In this document: one piece after another, positions 24,885-38,344 of the stretch
Layout: every line of letters starts with the position of its first letter
Numbering within the stretch: the first letter of the stretch is position 1
Assembly: GCA_028534125.1 (NCBI GenBank)
Contig: CM052817.1
Coordinates: forward strand, 63,986,001-64,050,000
Length of the DNA stretch: 64,000 nt
Direction of reading: 5' to 3'
Origin: Lama glama
Lineage: Eukaryota
Notes under the pieces: generated by a model
Told to the model about the DNA's origin: nothing
The model's database searches: none
Seen by the model: the letters and a program-made list of their open reading frames with translations, nothing else
Program-made: the position numbers and the translations under genes

Positions 24885-27545
24885 TTCATTTTTATTGTGG
24901 TAAAATACATACAATATTTACCATCTTAACTTTTTTAAGTGTGTGGTTCAGTGGTATTAAATATATTCATAATACTGAGCAACTGATGCAGGAAAACAGA
25001 TGTGGGGCATGAGAAGGGCTGTGTCCCAAGTCTCGTTGAGCCCCTGGGACATGCTCCCCCCAAGCATGGGTCCTTGACTTCATACAGGAAAGAATTCAAG
25101 AGCAAGCCACGGTTGAGTAAAGATAGATTTATTCAGAGCGATGCATTGAAAAGCCATGAGGTGTTAGGGCTGGGTGCTCAGATTAAAAGTAGGTACACAT
25201 TCCATAGACAGAATGTGGGCTGTCTCTGAAGAGGGAGAGAGAAAGGCGTCCTTGAGACGCTGTGTTTTCAGTTTTTATGGGCTTTGTGGCTTCACATTCT
25301 AAAAAGTGGAAGGACCAGTCTAAGTAGCCTGGGGAAGGGGCTGGGATTCCCAGGAAGTTGGCCATTTCCCACTCTTCGACCTTTTGTGGTTAGCCCTGGG
25401 ACTGCCATGGTGCCTGTGGTCATGTTATTCACCATGTAAATATATTACAATGAGTGTATAATGAAGCTCAAGGTTTACTAGAAGTTAAATCTCTCATCAT
25501 TCTGAGCCTCAAGGCCTACAGGAAGTTGAATCTTTCACCATTTTGATGTTAATTGCTGTAGCATTCCTTGAATGGCTGTGCCCTGCCCCCTTCCATCCTG
25601 TCTCACAACCACCACCACTAACCATCTCCAAAACTGTTTTCATCTTGTAAAACTCTATACCCACTAAGCAACTCCTCATTCACACCTCCTCTCAGCCTCT
25701 GGTAACCACCATTCTACTTTCTGTCTCTATGATTTTGACTCCTCTAAGTACCTCATGTAAGTGAAATCATAAGCATTGTCTTTTGTGACTGGTTTATTTT
25801 ACTTAACATAATGTCCAACTTAAGTTTCAATCATGTAGTAACAAATATCAGAATTTCCTTCCTTTCTAAGACTGAACAATACTTCACTGCATGTGTATAC
25901 CACATTTTGCTTACCCACTTATCAGCTGATAGACACTTGGGTTGCTTTCATATTTTAGCTGTTGTGAATAATGCTGCTCTGAATGTGGATATACAAATAT
26001 CTTTTCAAGATCCTGCTTTCAATTCTTTGGGGTATATATCTAGAAATGAAATTCCTAGATCACATGGTAATTCGATTTTTACTTTTTTAATGAAGCATCA
26101 TACTGTTTCCACAGTGGATACAGGATTTTACATTCCCACCAATAGTGCACAGGGGTTCTAATATCTCTACATCCTAATAGCTATCATAATGGGTGCGAGA
26201 TGGGCTCTCATTATACTTTTGATTTGCATTTCCCTAATGCATGGTGATGTTGAGTATCTTTTCATATGTTTATTGGCCATTTGTATATCTTCCTTGGAGA
26301 AATGTCTATTCAAATCCTTTGCTCATATTTTAATTGCACTGTTTGTTTTTTTAGTATTGAGTTTTCGGAGTCCTCTGTATTAATCCCTTTACAGATATAT
26401 GATTCCCAAATATTTTCTCTTGTCCTGTGGTTTGCCTTTCTTACTCTATTGATACTGTCTTCTCATGCACACAATTTTTTAACTTTTATAAAGTTCACTT
26501 GGTCTATTTTTGTTTTGTTTTGTTTTCTGTGCCTTTGGTGTCATATCCAAGAAGTCATTGCCAAATCCAATGTCATGAAGCTCTTGCCCTATGTTTTCTT
26601 CTAAGAGTTTTTTAGTTTTAGGTCTTACATTTATATCTTTGATCTATTTTCAGTTAACTTTTGTATGATGTTAGGTAAGGGGTCAACTTCATTCTTTTCT
26701 ATGTGGATATACGGTATTACCAACACAATTTGTTGAAAAGACTGTCTTTTCTCATTGAATGGTCTTGGAATCCTGGTCAAAAATCGGTTGACATTATATG
26801 AAAAGAATCTATTTCTGGGCTCTCTATTCTATTCCACTGATCCACATGTCTGTCTTTATGCCGGTACCACACTGTTTTGATTACTGTTACTTTATAGTAA
26901 GTTTTGAAATCGGGAATGTGGGTATTCCAGTTTTGTTCTCCTTTTTCAAAATTGTTTTGGCTATTTGGGATCCCTTGAGATTTTATATGAATTTTTGCAT
27001 AGATTTTTCTGCTTCTGGGGAAAAAAAATTGCTGGCGTTTTGATAGGTAAGTGTTGAATCTGTAGATTGCTTTTGGTAGTACTGATTTCTTAACAGTATA
27101 AATCTGCCAATCCATGAACATGGAATGTGTTTTCATTTATTTATTTTTCTAAATTTCTTTAAACATTTTGTAGTTTTTGTTGTAAAAATCTTTCACATTC
27201 TCAGTGAATTCCTAAGCATTTTATTCTTTCTGATGCTATACACAGAATTGTTTTCATTTCTCTTCAGATTGTTCACTGTAACAGCATAGAAATGCAATTT
27301 ATTTTTTTTTTGTTAGCATTGTATCCTACTACTTTGTTGAATTCATATGTTAGTTCTAACAGGTTTTTGGTTTTTGTGTGTGTGGAATCTCACAATTTTT
27401 CTATATATAAGATTATATTATCTGAGAACAGAGAGCATTTTACTTCTTCCTTTCCAATTTGGTTGCCTTTTGTTTCTTTTTTTTACCTAAGTGCTCTGGT
27501 TAGAACTTTCAGTACAATTATTCATAACTTCAACATTTTTTTGCA
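24885..27545 (-). mobile_element. L1MB-type LINE (ORF2 3' part and 3' UTR), interrupted by a solo LTR
   Basis: ORF 26777-27136 (KAIYRFN..PDFKTYYKVTVIKTVWYRHKDRHVDQWNRIESPE) is L1 ORF2. Confidence 0.92.
24984..25605 (-). mobile_element. ERV1-like solo LTR with 4-bp TSD CAAC, nested in L1MB
   Basis: TG..CA ends with CAAC at 24980-24983 and 25606-25609. AATAAA on the minus strand near 25128. Confidence 0.88.
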
Positions 27546-29628
27546 ACTTCATAAATTCTCCACTGTTGTTATTGCTTACATTATTTTTTTGTTTTGCTTT
27601 GTTTTCCAATCTTTGCTTTTAATCAAGCAATTTTAAGAATTGGAGGCAGTGTTGGGGGAAAAAAAGGCAAAGGTATTTCAGACATTTATTATAGCTATCG
27701 ATCAAAGGGCACACTCACATGTATTTAGGAAAGCTCAAGTAAGCATGGATTTTTCTGCATTGATATTTTTTACCACACTCATTAGGTCAATTCATAATTA
27801 AGTATAAAGGAGCATCATTTTAAAAACAATATACAGAATGAGAATTAACATTCACTGATTCACTGAGTGTATAATCCATGATTTGGCACTATCTAATTCT
27901 TGGAAGAATCATGTAAAGTTTTTATTTACAGAAGAGAAAGCTAAAGTTCAAAAAGATTGGTGATAAATGTGTGACATAGGTTACAGGGGTAAGATAAAAG
28001 CCCAGTTCTGATTTCAGAATTCTTTTCACAATGCTACAGTGCTTTCATATTACATTCAAACCAGCAAGTGTTTTTTTGACAGCAACAGAAGAAAAGGAAA
28101 TGACTAAAGTCAAAATGACTTGTAAAGTGATTTAAAAAGGCTATTTACACATCTTTCAATTTGAGTTTGAGTTGTAAGAATCTTTGGTCCATGGAAAGAA
28201 ATTGTTCAGCGTATCACTGAAATAGTATCTAATGCTAATAGATACTACTGATAGTTCTGTCTAGCTATTGTTGCTGTAGAGAATTCATTAGCATCTCCAT
28301 TTAAAAGGTAAGGTATTCTTTTGAGTGAATTCCCAAACACTATAAAAGTATCAAACTCACACCAACTACACAGATACAAAAACTAAAGAATTAAAAAAAA
28401 AATTAAAGAAGACATGTTGTGGTCATGGGATTGTGGATAATTTCACTTTCTTTTAACAAAAAATGTCCTGTGTGTTATTATCTTTGCTTATTTTATATTA
28501 AATAAACATCAGTAGGAAAAATATTATAAGGGAGTTTCCTTACAAATTGCTCTTTTAGTGTCATTTAAAAAATTATTTTCCTGAGTCTTGGGACTGATCG
28601 AATTCTGGATGAACTTATTCAATTTCTTAGAATTAATTTTTTACAATGCAAATCCTTTGGTCTGTGCTGAGACAGTAAATTCTGTCTCCCAGGCAACTTT
28701 GTGTAAATCAAAGCTGAAGGTCAGACCAAAGTTAATGTATTACATTAAAGTAAAATAGGATTGCTTTGCATTTCAATTGGTGCTACTTGATTTTGTGTGT
28801 TTAAATGTCCCTATTACCATTGTTGGTTAATTCTAGGTAATTTGAATCCCTTGTACATTTAAGGTCTAAAGCATTTTATAAAAGGAAAATTAAATTTTAA
28901 AAGTTAAACAGTAGTTAAATAAAATAATTAATCAAGTGATAAATTTTTATCTTCATTTTTTAATAAAAAACATTAAAATCCAAACATCAGTAAGATAACA
29001 TTACTCACCTATAAAATAAGCAGATTTACAAAATAGTACTCAACACCAGTAAGGGAAACAGAGAACTGTTTCCTGTTTTGCTCCAGATTTCTACAGCCTC
29101 CTAATTCAGGTCCTCATTTTCCCCCACCTAGACAACCTCAAAATCTCCCTTCTAACTAGTCTGCCTGATCCCCAGTCTTATATTTCTTAGATCCAGTCTC
29201 CACACTGCAGCCCGAGAAATCTATCTAAAATATAATTCTAACAATGTTATTGCATGTGTTTCTCAGCCTCTCAGTTTCCAAGGTAGAATAATTAACGATG
29301 TATCTGTAGAGAAATAGCTAAATATATAGTTGCAGCTCAGTTACGCCATGGTTAGCACTAAATCCAGGATTTGCTCCTCTGACAGCCACAGGAAGGGAAA
29401 TTAGAATTTCAGTGTTGTTTAGTAAGCATGGGATTAGACTAGGGACATCAGTTATACATTTCGGAAGGTTAAGGGAATCCAGTTAAAGCAGCCTGGGGCA
29501 CTCACCTGCTCAGTCATTTTTATCAGTCTGAGCGTTCTCTGCCTGCACAGTGCTTGGGTTGCCGTTAACAACTCTGTCTTTGGGGGTTTCATATTCTCGA
29601 CCCCACACAGAACTTACTTGTTTGTTTA

Positions 29629-30125
29629 TGTAAGAGAGGCAAAAATTTTCCTCTATCCTTAGAGTCTCTGACTGGACCCGAGAATAAAATTGATACAGAC
29701 AAATAGGAGAAAAGTATACAAATTTTACTTTTACATGTTCATTGATGTCTTCACAGGAAAATGAAGATCCCAAAAGTGGTTAGGCCTATGTACTTATATA
29801 CTAGAGTGAAAAAACTGTAGTAATTGTGGGGAAAGTAGCTAAAATATACAGGGAGACTAAAGGAAGATAAGGGTGATTTTAACAAGGTGTGTTTGTGCAG
29901 TTTCTTCACAACCTTGACTCCCTGTCTCTGGTGATAAGAAGGTTCTTTTCCTCCAGGTGCAGGAAGGGGCAACATTTACGTGGGAGATTTCGCTCCAGTT
30001 TTCAGGAAGCAAAAAGGGGATAAGTGTGCCTTTCTTGCATCTTTTGTTTGCCTAGCATCTTTAGCTCAAAACAGTTAATATGCCAAGATGGCATATTTTG
30101 AAGTGGCGTGTTTTGACCCCCTACA
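29629..30125 (-). mobile_element. MER34-like ERV1 solo LTR with TSD TTTA
   Basis: TG..CA ends with TTTA at 29625-29628 and 30126-30129. Similar to 24009-24611. Confidence 0.8.
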
Positions 30126-30819
30126 TTTACATCATCTCTCTAAATAAGGTATAATACCACTGCTTAGGGTTTTACTTAATAAACTTTAATCACATTCCAG
30201 TCTTGCCTTTCAAGATTTCATCTAGGTTGTTTTGGTTAGGGTTTGAGGCATTCCCAAACCCCCGAGTCCTGTAGTTCCACACAGGCTCCAAGTTTACTCC
30301 TTCAAAGTCACTAATTTAAGCAAATAATGAGTACCTACGCTCTGAAAAGCATAATTTGATGCTCTGGGGATAACCTATGACCCAGAAAGACTTGTTCCTA
30401 TTTTTAAAAAGCCGTAAGAGTAACTTTCCCTGAGAGCAATCATTTTTCTTCTTCTTATGTTCTTGGGTGGCCTCTCATTGTTGATACTATTAAAAACACA
30501 AACAAACAAACAAAAAACATTGTGAAGTTTGTTAAAAACTTTAAGTAATCATTTTGTATCACAAGTAACCAGTTGTCTGTCACATGTTGTCTTTTCTTAA
30601 AATGTAGCACTGAGGATGATCCTAAGTTTTCCATCCTCCTTAAATTTAACAACAGGTAATTTTGGATAATATGTAAAATAATAGGCTTTGCATATAATTA
30701 ATGTTAAAGAGTTTGAATTAGAGACGTAGAATTTGGAAGTTATCATAAAATTGCTTGCTACATTCAAATACTTCTTTCATTCTTCATTCACCAGACAATG
30801 TTGAACTTTTATTTGAACC

Positions 30820-31096
30820 CTGTGTTTTGAGAAGCAGTGACTGAAAAATCCTTGTACCCTTTTGTGTTCCAGGAAATGGCTAACCACAAAGCACATGTCT
30901 GGCCTCACATATTCCAAGATGTCTCTGCCATTCCTCATAACCCCAAAAGGGCAGGTGATAGCCTTGTTTATCTGCCTCTATAAAACCCCAAGCCCTCCCT
31001 TTTCTTTGAGATGTTCCTCATTAATAAATATTCTCTTTACTGCAATCAGCCAAATAAAATCATCTCCTTAATTGTCTAGTATATTTTGTCTTTCAC
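30820..31096 (+). mobile_element. Partial ERV LTR (TATA, AATAAA, ..tttcaCA end)
   Basis: ctataaaacccc..ttaataaa..ttgtctttcaca. Confidence 0.55.
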
Positions 31097-31312
31097 ACAC
31101 CAAATCATAATTCTCAAAGCTGCCTTAACACAAAGTTGGTTGGGTTTTTATGACGATTAAGAGTTAATAATTGTATAGCACTTTGAATGATACCAGACGT
31201 CCAGTATATGTTCAACAATATATTGTCTGTAATACCTATGTTATCTACAGTAATAATTAGTATTAAGCATTGTTAACTCCTAATCAATATTAGAGTAAAA
31301 AATTATTCAAAT

Positions 31313-31815
31313 TGTTGAAGAAAATATTATTCATGACCCTTGTTGAAGATGGTAAGTAAGGCAGATTTTTCTCATGGGGGACCATTGCAATGGGTATAGG
31401 GACACCCGCAATGGGATCTTGCAGTGGGAGAGAGAGATTGGATTCAATTCCCAATGCAGCCTGGGCAAGTGGGAATTTTTAACCAAGGAGCAGAGTGGGG
31501 TGTGGTCATTACTAAGAGGAAACATCAGGGGTAAGGGGAGATTCTGGCTAAACTGACCTAACAGGATTCTTGCTGGAGGCAGGCCAGGGGGATCAGATAC
31601 CACCTGGGGGTGGGGGTGGCGGATAAGAATCAAATTAGATATTGAGGGTGATCAGATATGGAGGATGGGGGATTCTAGTTCAACTGACTTACTAGGATTC
31701 TTGCTAAAACTGGAAAATGCTGAAAGGAACACTCAAGTCCAAAGTCAGGCCTAGTTGAAAAAGAGTTCAGCGAAGACTGAGTAGAGTTTCATCAAGGAGA
31801 GAACCTTTGACGTCA
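31313..31815 (-). mobile_element. MER31-like ERV1 solo LTR
   Basis: Minus strand starts ..caaaggttctctccttgatgaaactctactcag..tcaactaggcc. Confidence 0.75.
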
Positions 31816-34800
31816 GGGAAGGGGATTTGGAAAAACCTACTCAATCTATATATTTTAATTTCAGTGCAATGCAACCTAAATTGTCCAGAGGAGGAAGAGC
31901 AGGAAAAGGTCTGGGAAGGTGTGTGGGGCTGCAGGGGGAGGGGAGGAGTGGCAAGGTTGAGAGAAGGAGAAATATATGGTCCATTCCTCAGAACTGGTGT
32001 TCTCCTAGGTTCCCAGTGCTGCTTCTAGACTATAGAGTGAGCACCTTCCCTTCCAGGCTCATCGTGTGGAAGTGAACCCTCAGTCTATGTCCCCTGTCCC
32101 ATTTCACAGCGTTACAGTTCTCATCTAGCAGAGACCTCTTCCTGCTCGTTGGATACCTTCCTTCCCTACACAGTATTCTCTATATCCTAAGGTAATTTAA
32201 CAGCTGCAGTTCCCTTAGTCCTTGATCGTGTAGACCCTCATCTCCATTCCACAGCCAGGCACCTGCCAGACCTTTGATCTTCTCACTCCTCATCACAATG
32301 AGCAACCCTCTGATTCTTTACATCAGCAATCCCTCCTTTTTGACAGAATTTCTTTTTTATATGCCACATGTTCACTGTTACCTTACAGAGGCTAACTTGC
32401 TCTTTACCTTCACCAAGAATTTCCCTCTTTCTCAGATTAAAAGTTACCTTCTTGCCTCCTAAGACTCTCTTCAAACTCTAGTGCAATCAAAAATGTGTTC
32501 AGCTTCAGGGAAAAGAAACCCCAATGGAAAGCGGCTTAAATCAGAATTCTCTGAGAGCTGCTGATGGTTAAAAATAAACTGAGACAGTGATCGTTTGGTC
32601 TTTGGAGTAGGCATTTAAGGAGAGATTGCCTCCAGTCCTAAGCAGCTTTGTCCATCTACCTACATTTGGAATATGAAAATTAGCATCTCCTGGTGTGCTA
32701 AGATATGGGAAATGATGAGAAGCACTAGCTTAACGGAGTAGTTTACAGTCTCACTGGCACAAGTCCTAGGATAGGCAGTTCCAGATGGTGCTACAGCTCA
32801 ACAATGCCATGGGACACCCAGGCTCTTTATACCTTTTTAGTCCATCATCCTGACCGTGCTGTCATTTGTCCTCTTAGTTGTTGCCTCATGGCATTAGTGC
32901 CTCCAAGCCTCAAAACCACAACCCAAGCAAAAAGAAGAGAGGGAGAATAGTGGCAATAAATCACCTCTGCTTATACCATGTTGGCTAGAACCATATCACA
33001 TGGCCACTTCAGTTTCAAGAAAGGCTGGGGGATTGAGTTTTCAGGTTTCACAGCTGCTATAATAGAGCCAGGTAAGAAAAAAATCAGGGAGGTGGGTGGA
33101 ATGGGTATTATCTGAGCCCATCTGTCATATCTGAAACACCAAGATTCCAAGATGATAATATTTAATACAGCCATTTCTACAGAAGTTCAACACCCTGGCC
33201 TTTCCTAACCATGCAGTGGACCTATGTTATCTCACCAAACCCTGAATCTTCCCCCAGTATCTGCTTCTTATCTCTTACTGAACAGCATGATGGTGCTGGA
33301 GGGAAAATGAGGCTGATCCAATGATTAATTGTCATTCTCCAGTTGAAATCTGATCCTCATTGCAGCTCAGCTTTTCTAATAGTCCTACTTATGTTTATTC
33401 TGGGTATTTATTTAAGATATCCATCCTTTTTCTTAATAGGAACAAAAACAATACCAAAACTGTCTTGTGTCATATCCCATGTTATATAGTAGGTCAAAAT
33501 CCCCTTTATGATCTTAATACAAATAATAAAAGCAGAAAGAAGAGTGGTGCCAGGTCAGGAACCCACTCAAGTGGCAGAAGCAGCGAGACTGAAGAGAGAG
33601 CTATTGTGAAAACTTAATATGAAAGAGACTGATCAAGACTGCAGCTGTTATCACACTGACAACGATGTGAAGAGGCAGGACAAGACATTAGAAGGGCCTG
33701 CATTAGACCCCAATAGAGCTCTGAGGACTGCGTTATCTTCGAACTTGCATTATGCTCCAACCTAGTGTTTTTTGAAGTCTTCTAGTCCTGTCCCCAAGAA
33801 TGTGCCACAGGTGTCCTTAAAGTCACCGTACTCTGAACCCACCATACGACAGATTAATTCAACTAATTACCTCCACTGTAGTTTCTCCTGCTTCTGTTTC
33901 TTTCCTTGGCATTTCGCTTTCAGTCCTACACTTCTAACCAGTCACAGAATAACCCCACTCTGATGTTTATGATCTGCATAGGAACTTTATATAATGACAT
34001 CTGGAGTGAAATGGAAAAGAAAGCCACCTGCCAGTGGGTTACATTCCAATTGGTGGGGCATAAGCTGTGAAAAGGTTCTTGCACACACTTGTACAGGAGG
34101 AAAAACGTTGCAGGATACCTTGAGCTAGGGCTAGGACTGAATCTTGACATCTTGGTTTAGAAGAGTAGAGGCTGAAAAAAAGGCCATTTCAAAGTTGCCA
34201 ATAATTTTTTGTTGTTGTTTCACAACAACACAGAACCACATTTGGGACAAAAGGCCCTTTGTTTTGATTAAACCTCCTGAATTTTTGTTACGTAAATAAA
34301 CAGCAAGGACTACAGTTTTTAAAAGAAGGATTTGTTTAATTATACAAAGGACTGTTCACCTGGTAAAGTTGGATTTCCACAGATTTGGTTCCCTTAGTGG
34401 ATGTCTCCCCTGAGATTACAACTCCTTTATACATAAAAAGAGTTGCTTTTCTTGGGGGATGTGAGTTGAGGACATTGCTGGTTGAAGATAAGGACCTGGA
34501 GGGCAGAGGTTGAAGGAACTGTTTATGTAAGACATATTCTAAGCCCTGGGCATGAACAGTGCTGCTTTCAGCTCCAGATGGTGAATTTTGATACAGAGCT
34601 GAGGAGGCAGCCGCCTGTGCCCAGAAATTTTCATTGACAAACACCCTGAGGAATGTCAACTTGCAGAACCTCAGACCTGGAAGCAGCACTCAGTGTTTCT
34701 TGGTCTCTGTCTGCCTGCCTCTCTCTTTCTCTCTTATGTCTCACTGCATCTGTAACTCTGCTGTCTCTCCGGTGGTTTCACTATCTCCTACTGCAAACAG

Positions 34801-35822
34801 GCATTCTCCACAAGATGAGAAATAAGATCACTGGCATCCATTTTCACAAACTTCTGACTAGCATTCGAAAGCAAGGTCTTCCTCGCCACCTCCATCTAGA
34901 ACAACTCTAGTGAGATACTGCGGCTTGGATCATATGACTTACCTCACCAGAGGAAGATGCATTCTGATTGACCTGGCCTGAGCCACGGGCTCGGGAGTAT
35001 AAGCTTTGCATCTGGAAGGTATGATGGGAGTGGGCATCAAGTACTGGCATACTTGGCAGCTAAAAACAATAGCTAGCACTTTTATTATGTTTAAAGCTGA
35101 GTAAGATTTATTTCCCAACACAGAGCACGTACCCACTGCTTCAGAGCCCCATCTGTGCTGCCTCGTACTCTCAGGCAAGCCCTTAAGGAAAGAACAGACA
35201 TGTTGTTCAAATGCTTTTAGAAGCACATCCAGATATTTGTGAAAAAAGGAATGAGTGAAAATCCTGAATCCATTATTTCCTGGACCTTCCCCATCATTCG
35301 CTTTATTCACCTTGCTCCTTTTCTTCATGGAATGAGGTTGGCTATGGCAGGGGATGCAGTAAGAGGAGTGGTCTTATCTGCCCTGAGTCTTGACTGGATA
35401 ATGGGGGAAGAGGTTTGAGGAGCACAATTCATTTTCAACAACATGAACTTGAACAATTTAATCCCCATACATCTGTGAAGTAGGAACTCAAGATCTTGGA
35501 TTTTTAAATGTCTAAATCAGTCAGCCTGAATGTGATCAAGTTTAATCAGCCTATAGAATCAGAAGATTAATATTAACCATTTTTATTTAAAAAATCAAGA
35601 AAATTAATTTTTAAAAAGAGGGAAAAGCAAATTGAATCTGTAACAGTGATATAATTGTAATCATTAAAAGAATCGTTTACCACAGATTCCTAATTATCAT
35701 TCAGGGCACTCTTTAACTCTTTTGAATTAGTCAAGTAATTTTTACTGTTCATTACCCTCCTTCCCACTGTTAGCTTATTAGTTATATAATGTTTAACTTT
35801 TATTATCGGGGTTACTCTAGAG

Positions 35823-36053
35823 CAGGGTTTCTCAATCTAGTGTTATGACTGACATTTTGGATTGAAGAATTCTTTATAGAGTGGGAGGGGGATGTTCTGT
35901 GCACATTATAAGATCCTTAGCAGCATCCATGATTTCCACTCCCTAGATACCAGTAGTACTCTCCACCCCCCTGCAATCATGACGATCAAAAATGTCTTCA
36001 GACATTGTCAAATATCCCCTGTGGAGCACAATCTCTATTCTTGAGAATCATTG
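35823..36053 (+). mobile_element. MER20 (hAT-Charlie) DNA transposon with 8-bp TSD CTCTAGAG
   Basis: TIR-like ends cagggtttctcaa / ttgagaatcattg. TSD at 35815-35822 and 36054-36061. Confidence 0.88.
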
Positions 36054-36674
36054 CTCTAGAGCTGGGGAATTCATCCTCCTAACCCAAGAACAAAATTTGT
36101 ATTTGGCCAAGATGACAACTTTACACTTGAAACCAATGAATTTTAATGATTCGAAACCTAAATGCTTGCTATTTTATCTCAAGATAATAAGCAAGTTCAT
36201 ATTCAGTAGTGATTAACTGAAGCACTGATTTTACTTTCTTTTGTCATCAGAGATTTTTAAAATATTTTTTACCTCTAATACTGTTCCCATCTGAACATGC
36301 TTGGCACTAATGCATTCAGAAAGCATTCTTTTTTCTTCAAGAAATCCACTTTACCTGTGTGCATGGAACAGAGGAAACTTGTTGGCTCTACATTCTCATT
36401 TTCCTTACATTTTACAATTACAAATTTTGAAAATGAGATTGCTACCTTCCATTCTTAAGACTTTCAGTTATAGATGGTAGAAATGCAATACAAATTATTT
36501 GGTATTCAAAACAAATATGTCTGTCAAGTAACTGCAGTATGCAGGGATGGTGCTGGCTTAGACACAAATAAATCAAGGGTTTCAAACTGCATCATTACAA
36601 TCATCAACATCGTCATCTTCATTTACTTCTCCATGTCTCTTTCCCTATTCTCTCTTATCTCTCTGGGAAAAAAG

Positions 36675-37520
36675 GGTGTAATACCATGACTTAATAACTT
36701 AACACAAATTTATTCTTATAAAGTTCTGGAAGTCAGAAGTCCAAGATAAGTCTTTCAGGGCTAAAATCAAGGTGTGGGCAAGGCTAATTCTTTCCAGAGT
36801 TCGCAGGGGAGAATTTTTCCTTGTTGTGATGGTTAATTTCATGTGTCAGTTTGATTGGGCCATCAGGGACCCATATGCTTGATTAGCCATTATTCTGGGT
36901 GTGGCTGTGACGGGGTTCTGGATGATATTTACATTTGAATCTGTAGACTGAGTAAAGTGCATTGCCCTCACCAATGTGGATGGGCCTCATCCAGTTCATT
37001 GAAGGCCTGGATAGAATAAAAAGGCAGAGTTAAGAGTGAATTTCTCTCTGCCTGTCTTTGAAACAGGACCTTGGTCCTCTTCTGCTTTCAGAACTTACAC
37101 CATTTGCTGTCCTGGGTGTCTCCAGCTTGCTGACTGAAAATCTTGGGATTTCAGCCTCCATAACCACATGTGCCAACTCTTTGTAATAAATCTCTTAATA
37201 TTTTTTTCTGTTTCTCTGGAGAAGCCAGATTAATGCACTTTCCTCCTCCAGCTTCTAGAGGTGGTCAGCATTTCCTGATTTATGGCCACATCTCTCCAAT
37301 CTCTGTCTCAATGGTCACCTTGCTTTCTACTCACTCTGATCTTCCACTTTCTTCTTAATAATGACTGTTCTGATTACATCAGGCCCACCCTACATGAAAT
37401 GTCCAGATAATCCAGGATAATCTGCTCTTCTCAAGATCTTAATTGTATCTGCAATATCTTTTACTGTGTAACATATTCACAGGTTCTAGAGATTTAAACA
37501 TCAACATCTTTGGGTGGAGG
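36675..37520 (-). mobile_element. MLT1 LTR interrupted by an MLT2 LTR (36825-37237, + strand)
   Basis: MLT2 start tgtgatggttaatttcatgtgtcag and end tctgtttctctggagaa, with MLT1 halves on both sides. Confidence 0.8.
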
Positions 37521-38179
37521 GCATTATTCAGCCAACCACAGAAGGTGTCTTGTTCACTAAATCTAGCAGAAAAGTCCTAGGAAGAACTCTTATTGGCCCA
37601 GCTCATATTTCATCCCTAAGCCAAACAGCACGGCTAAAGGGATGTCAGCCTAATTTGCATTCCCACTCTTCCTGAGGGGTGGAATGAGAATGTTGTGACA
37701 ATAGGACCACCAGGTCCCTAGGAATTTGGAGAGGCATGGCTCCCCAAAGGAAGGGCTGCTATTACCAAGAAGAGAGAAGGGATGATGAGTAGGCAAAAAC
37801 AAAAATCAAAACAAAACAGATGTTCTAGCTACATATTCCCATTGGAACCCCACTGTCAACACTCTGGTAATAACACCAGGACTGTGCTTATTTAAAAATC
37901 CTCTGTATGAGAATATGTACTTGTCTATGTTTTCAGTTTAGACAAAAAAAGCAGTGAATAAGGGTATGGGATTTAGAGTCATTCAAACCTGGATTTATTG
38001 CCTGACTCTGTCCCTTCCAGCTGTATAACATTAGATGTGTTATTGAAACGTGCTCATTTTCAGTTTCCTCACAGGTAAAATAAAGTTGCTTACTCTATTG
38101 GACAGGGACATTTTTCATGTTTTTTGACTACCCAGCACATTTTAAAAACATCTCCACCATAGTCAAAAGTCCCAGTTTT

Positions 38180-38344
38180 TGTTTTGTTTTGTTTCTGTTT
38201 TTGTTTTTTTTGTAAATAAATAGGATTTTTAAAATTGAAGTATGGTTGATTTACAATGTTGTGTTAGTCTCTGGTGTACAGCAAAGCAATTCAGTTATAC
38301 AGATATATATATTATATATATATATTATTTTTCAGATCTTCCTA
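38180..38344 (-). mobile_element. Truncated L1 3' end flanked by about 84-bp direct repeats
   Basis: T-rich tail then ttgaagtatggttgatttacaatgttgtgttagt..gtacagcaaag. Confidence 0.8.

Noticed and set aside
25811..27636. Several 60-120 aa ORFs
   Set aside because: All lie within the decayed L1MB (sense or antisense) and are not host genes. The same applies to ORFs at 20819, 44242, 51441-51739 and 58584-59066.
28719..28733. 15-mer GGTCAGACCAAAGTT recurring near 45254
   Set aside because: A 15-nt match is roughly expected by chance in 64 kb, and the flanks do not align.
34939..35328. 129-aa minus-strand ORF ending at a GAG|GTAAGT donor-like site, considered as STPG2 exon 1
   Set aside because: No similarity to the STPG2 N-terminus or any recognisable protein, and no CpG-rich promoter context.
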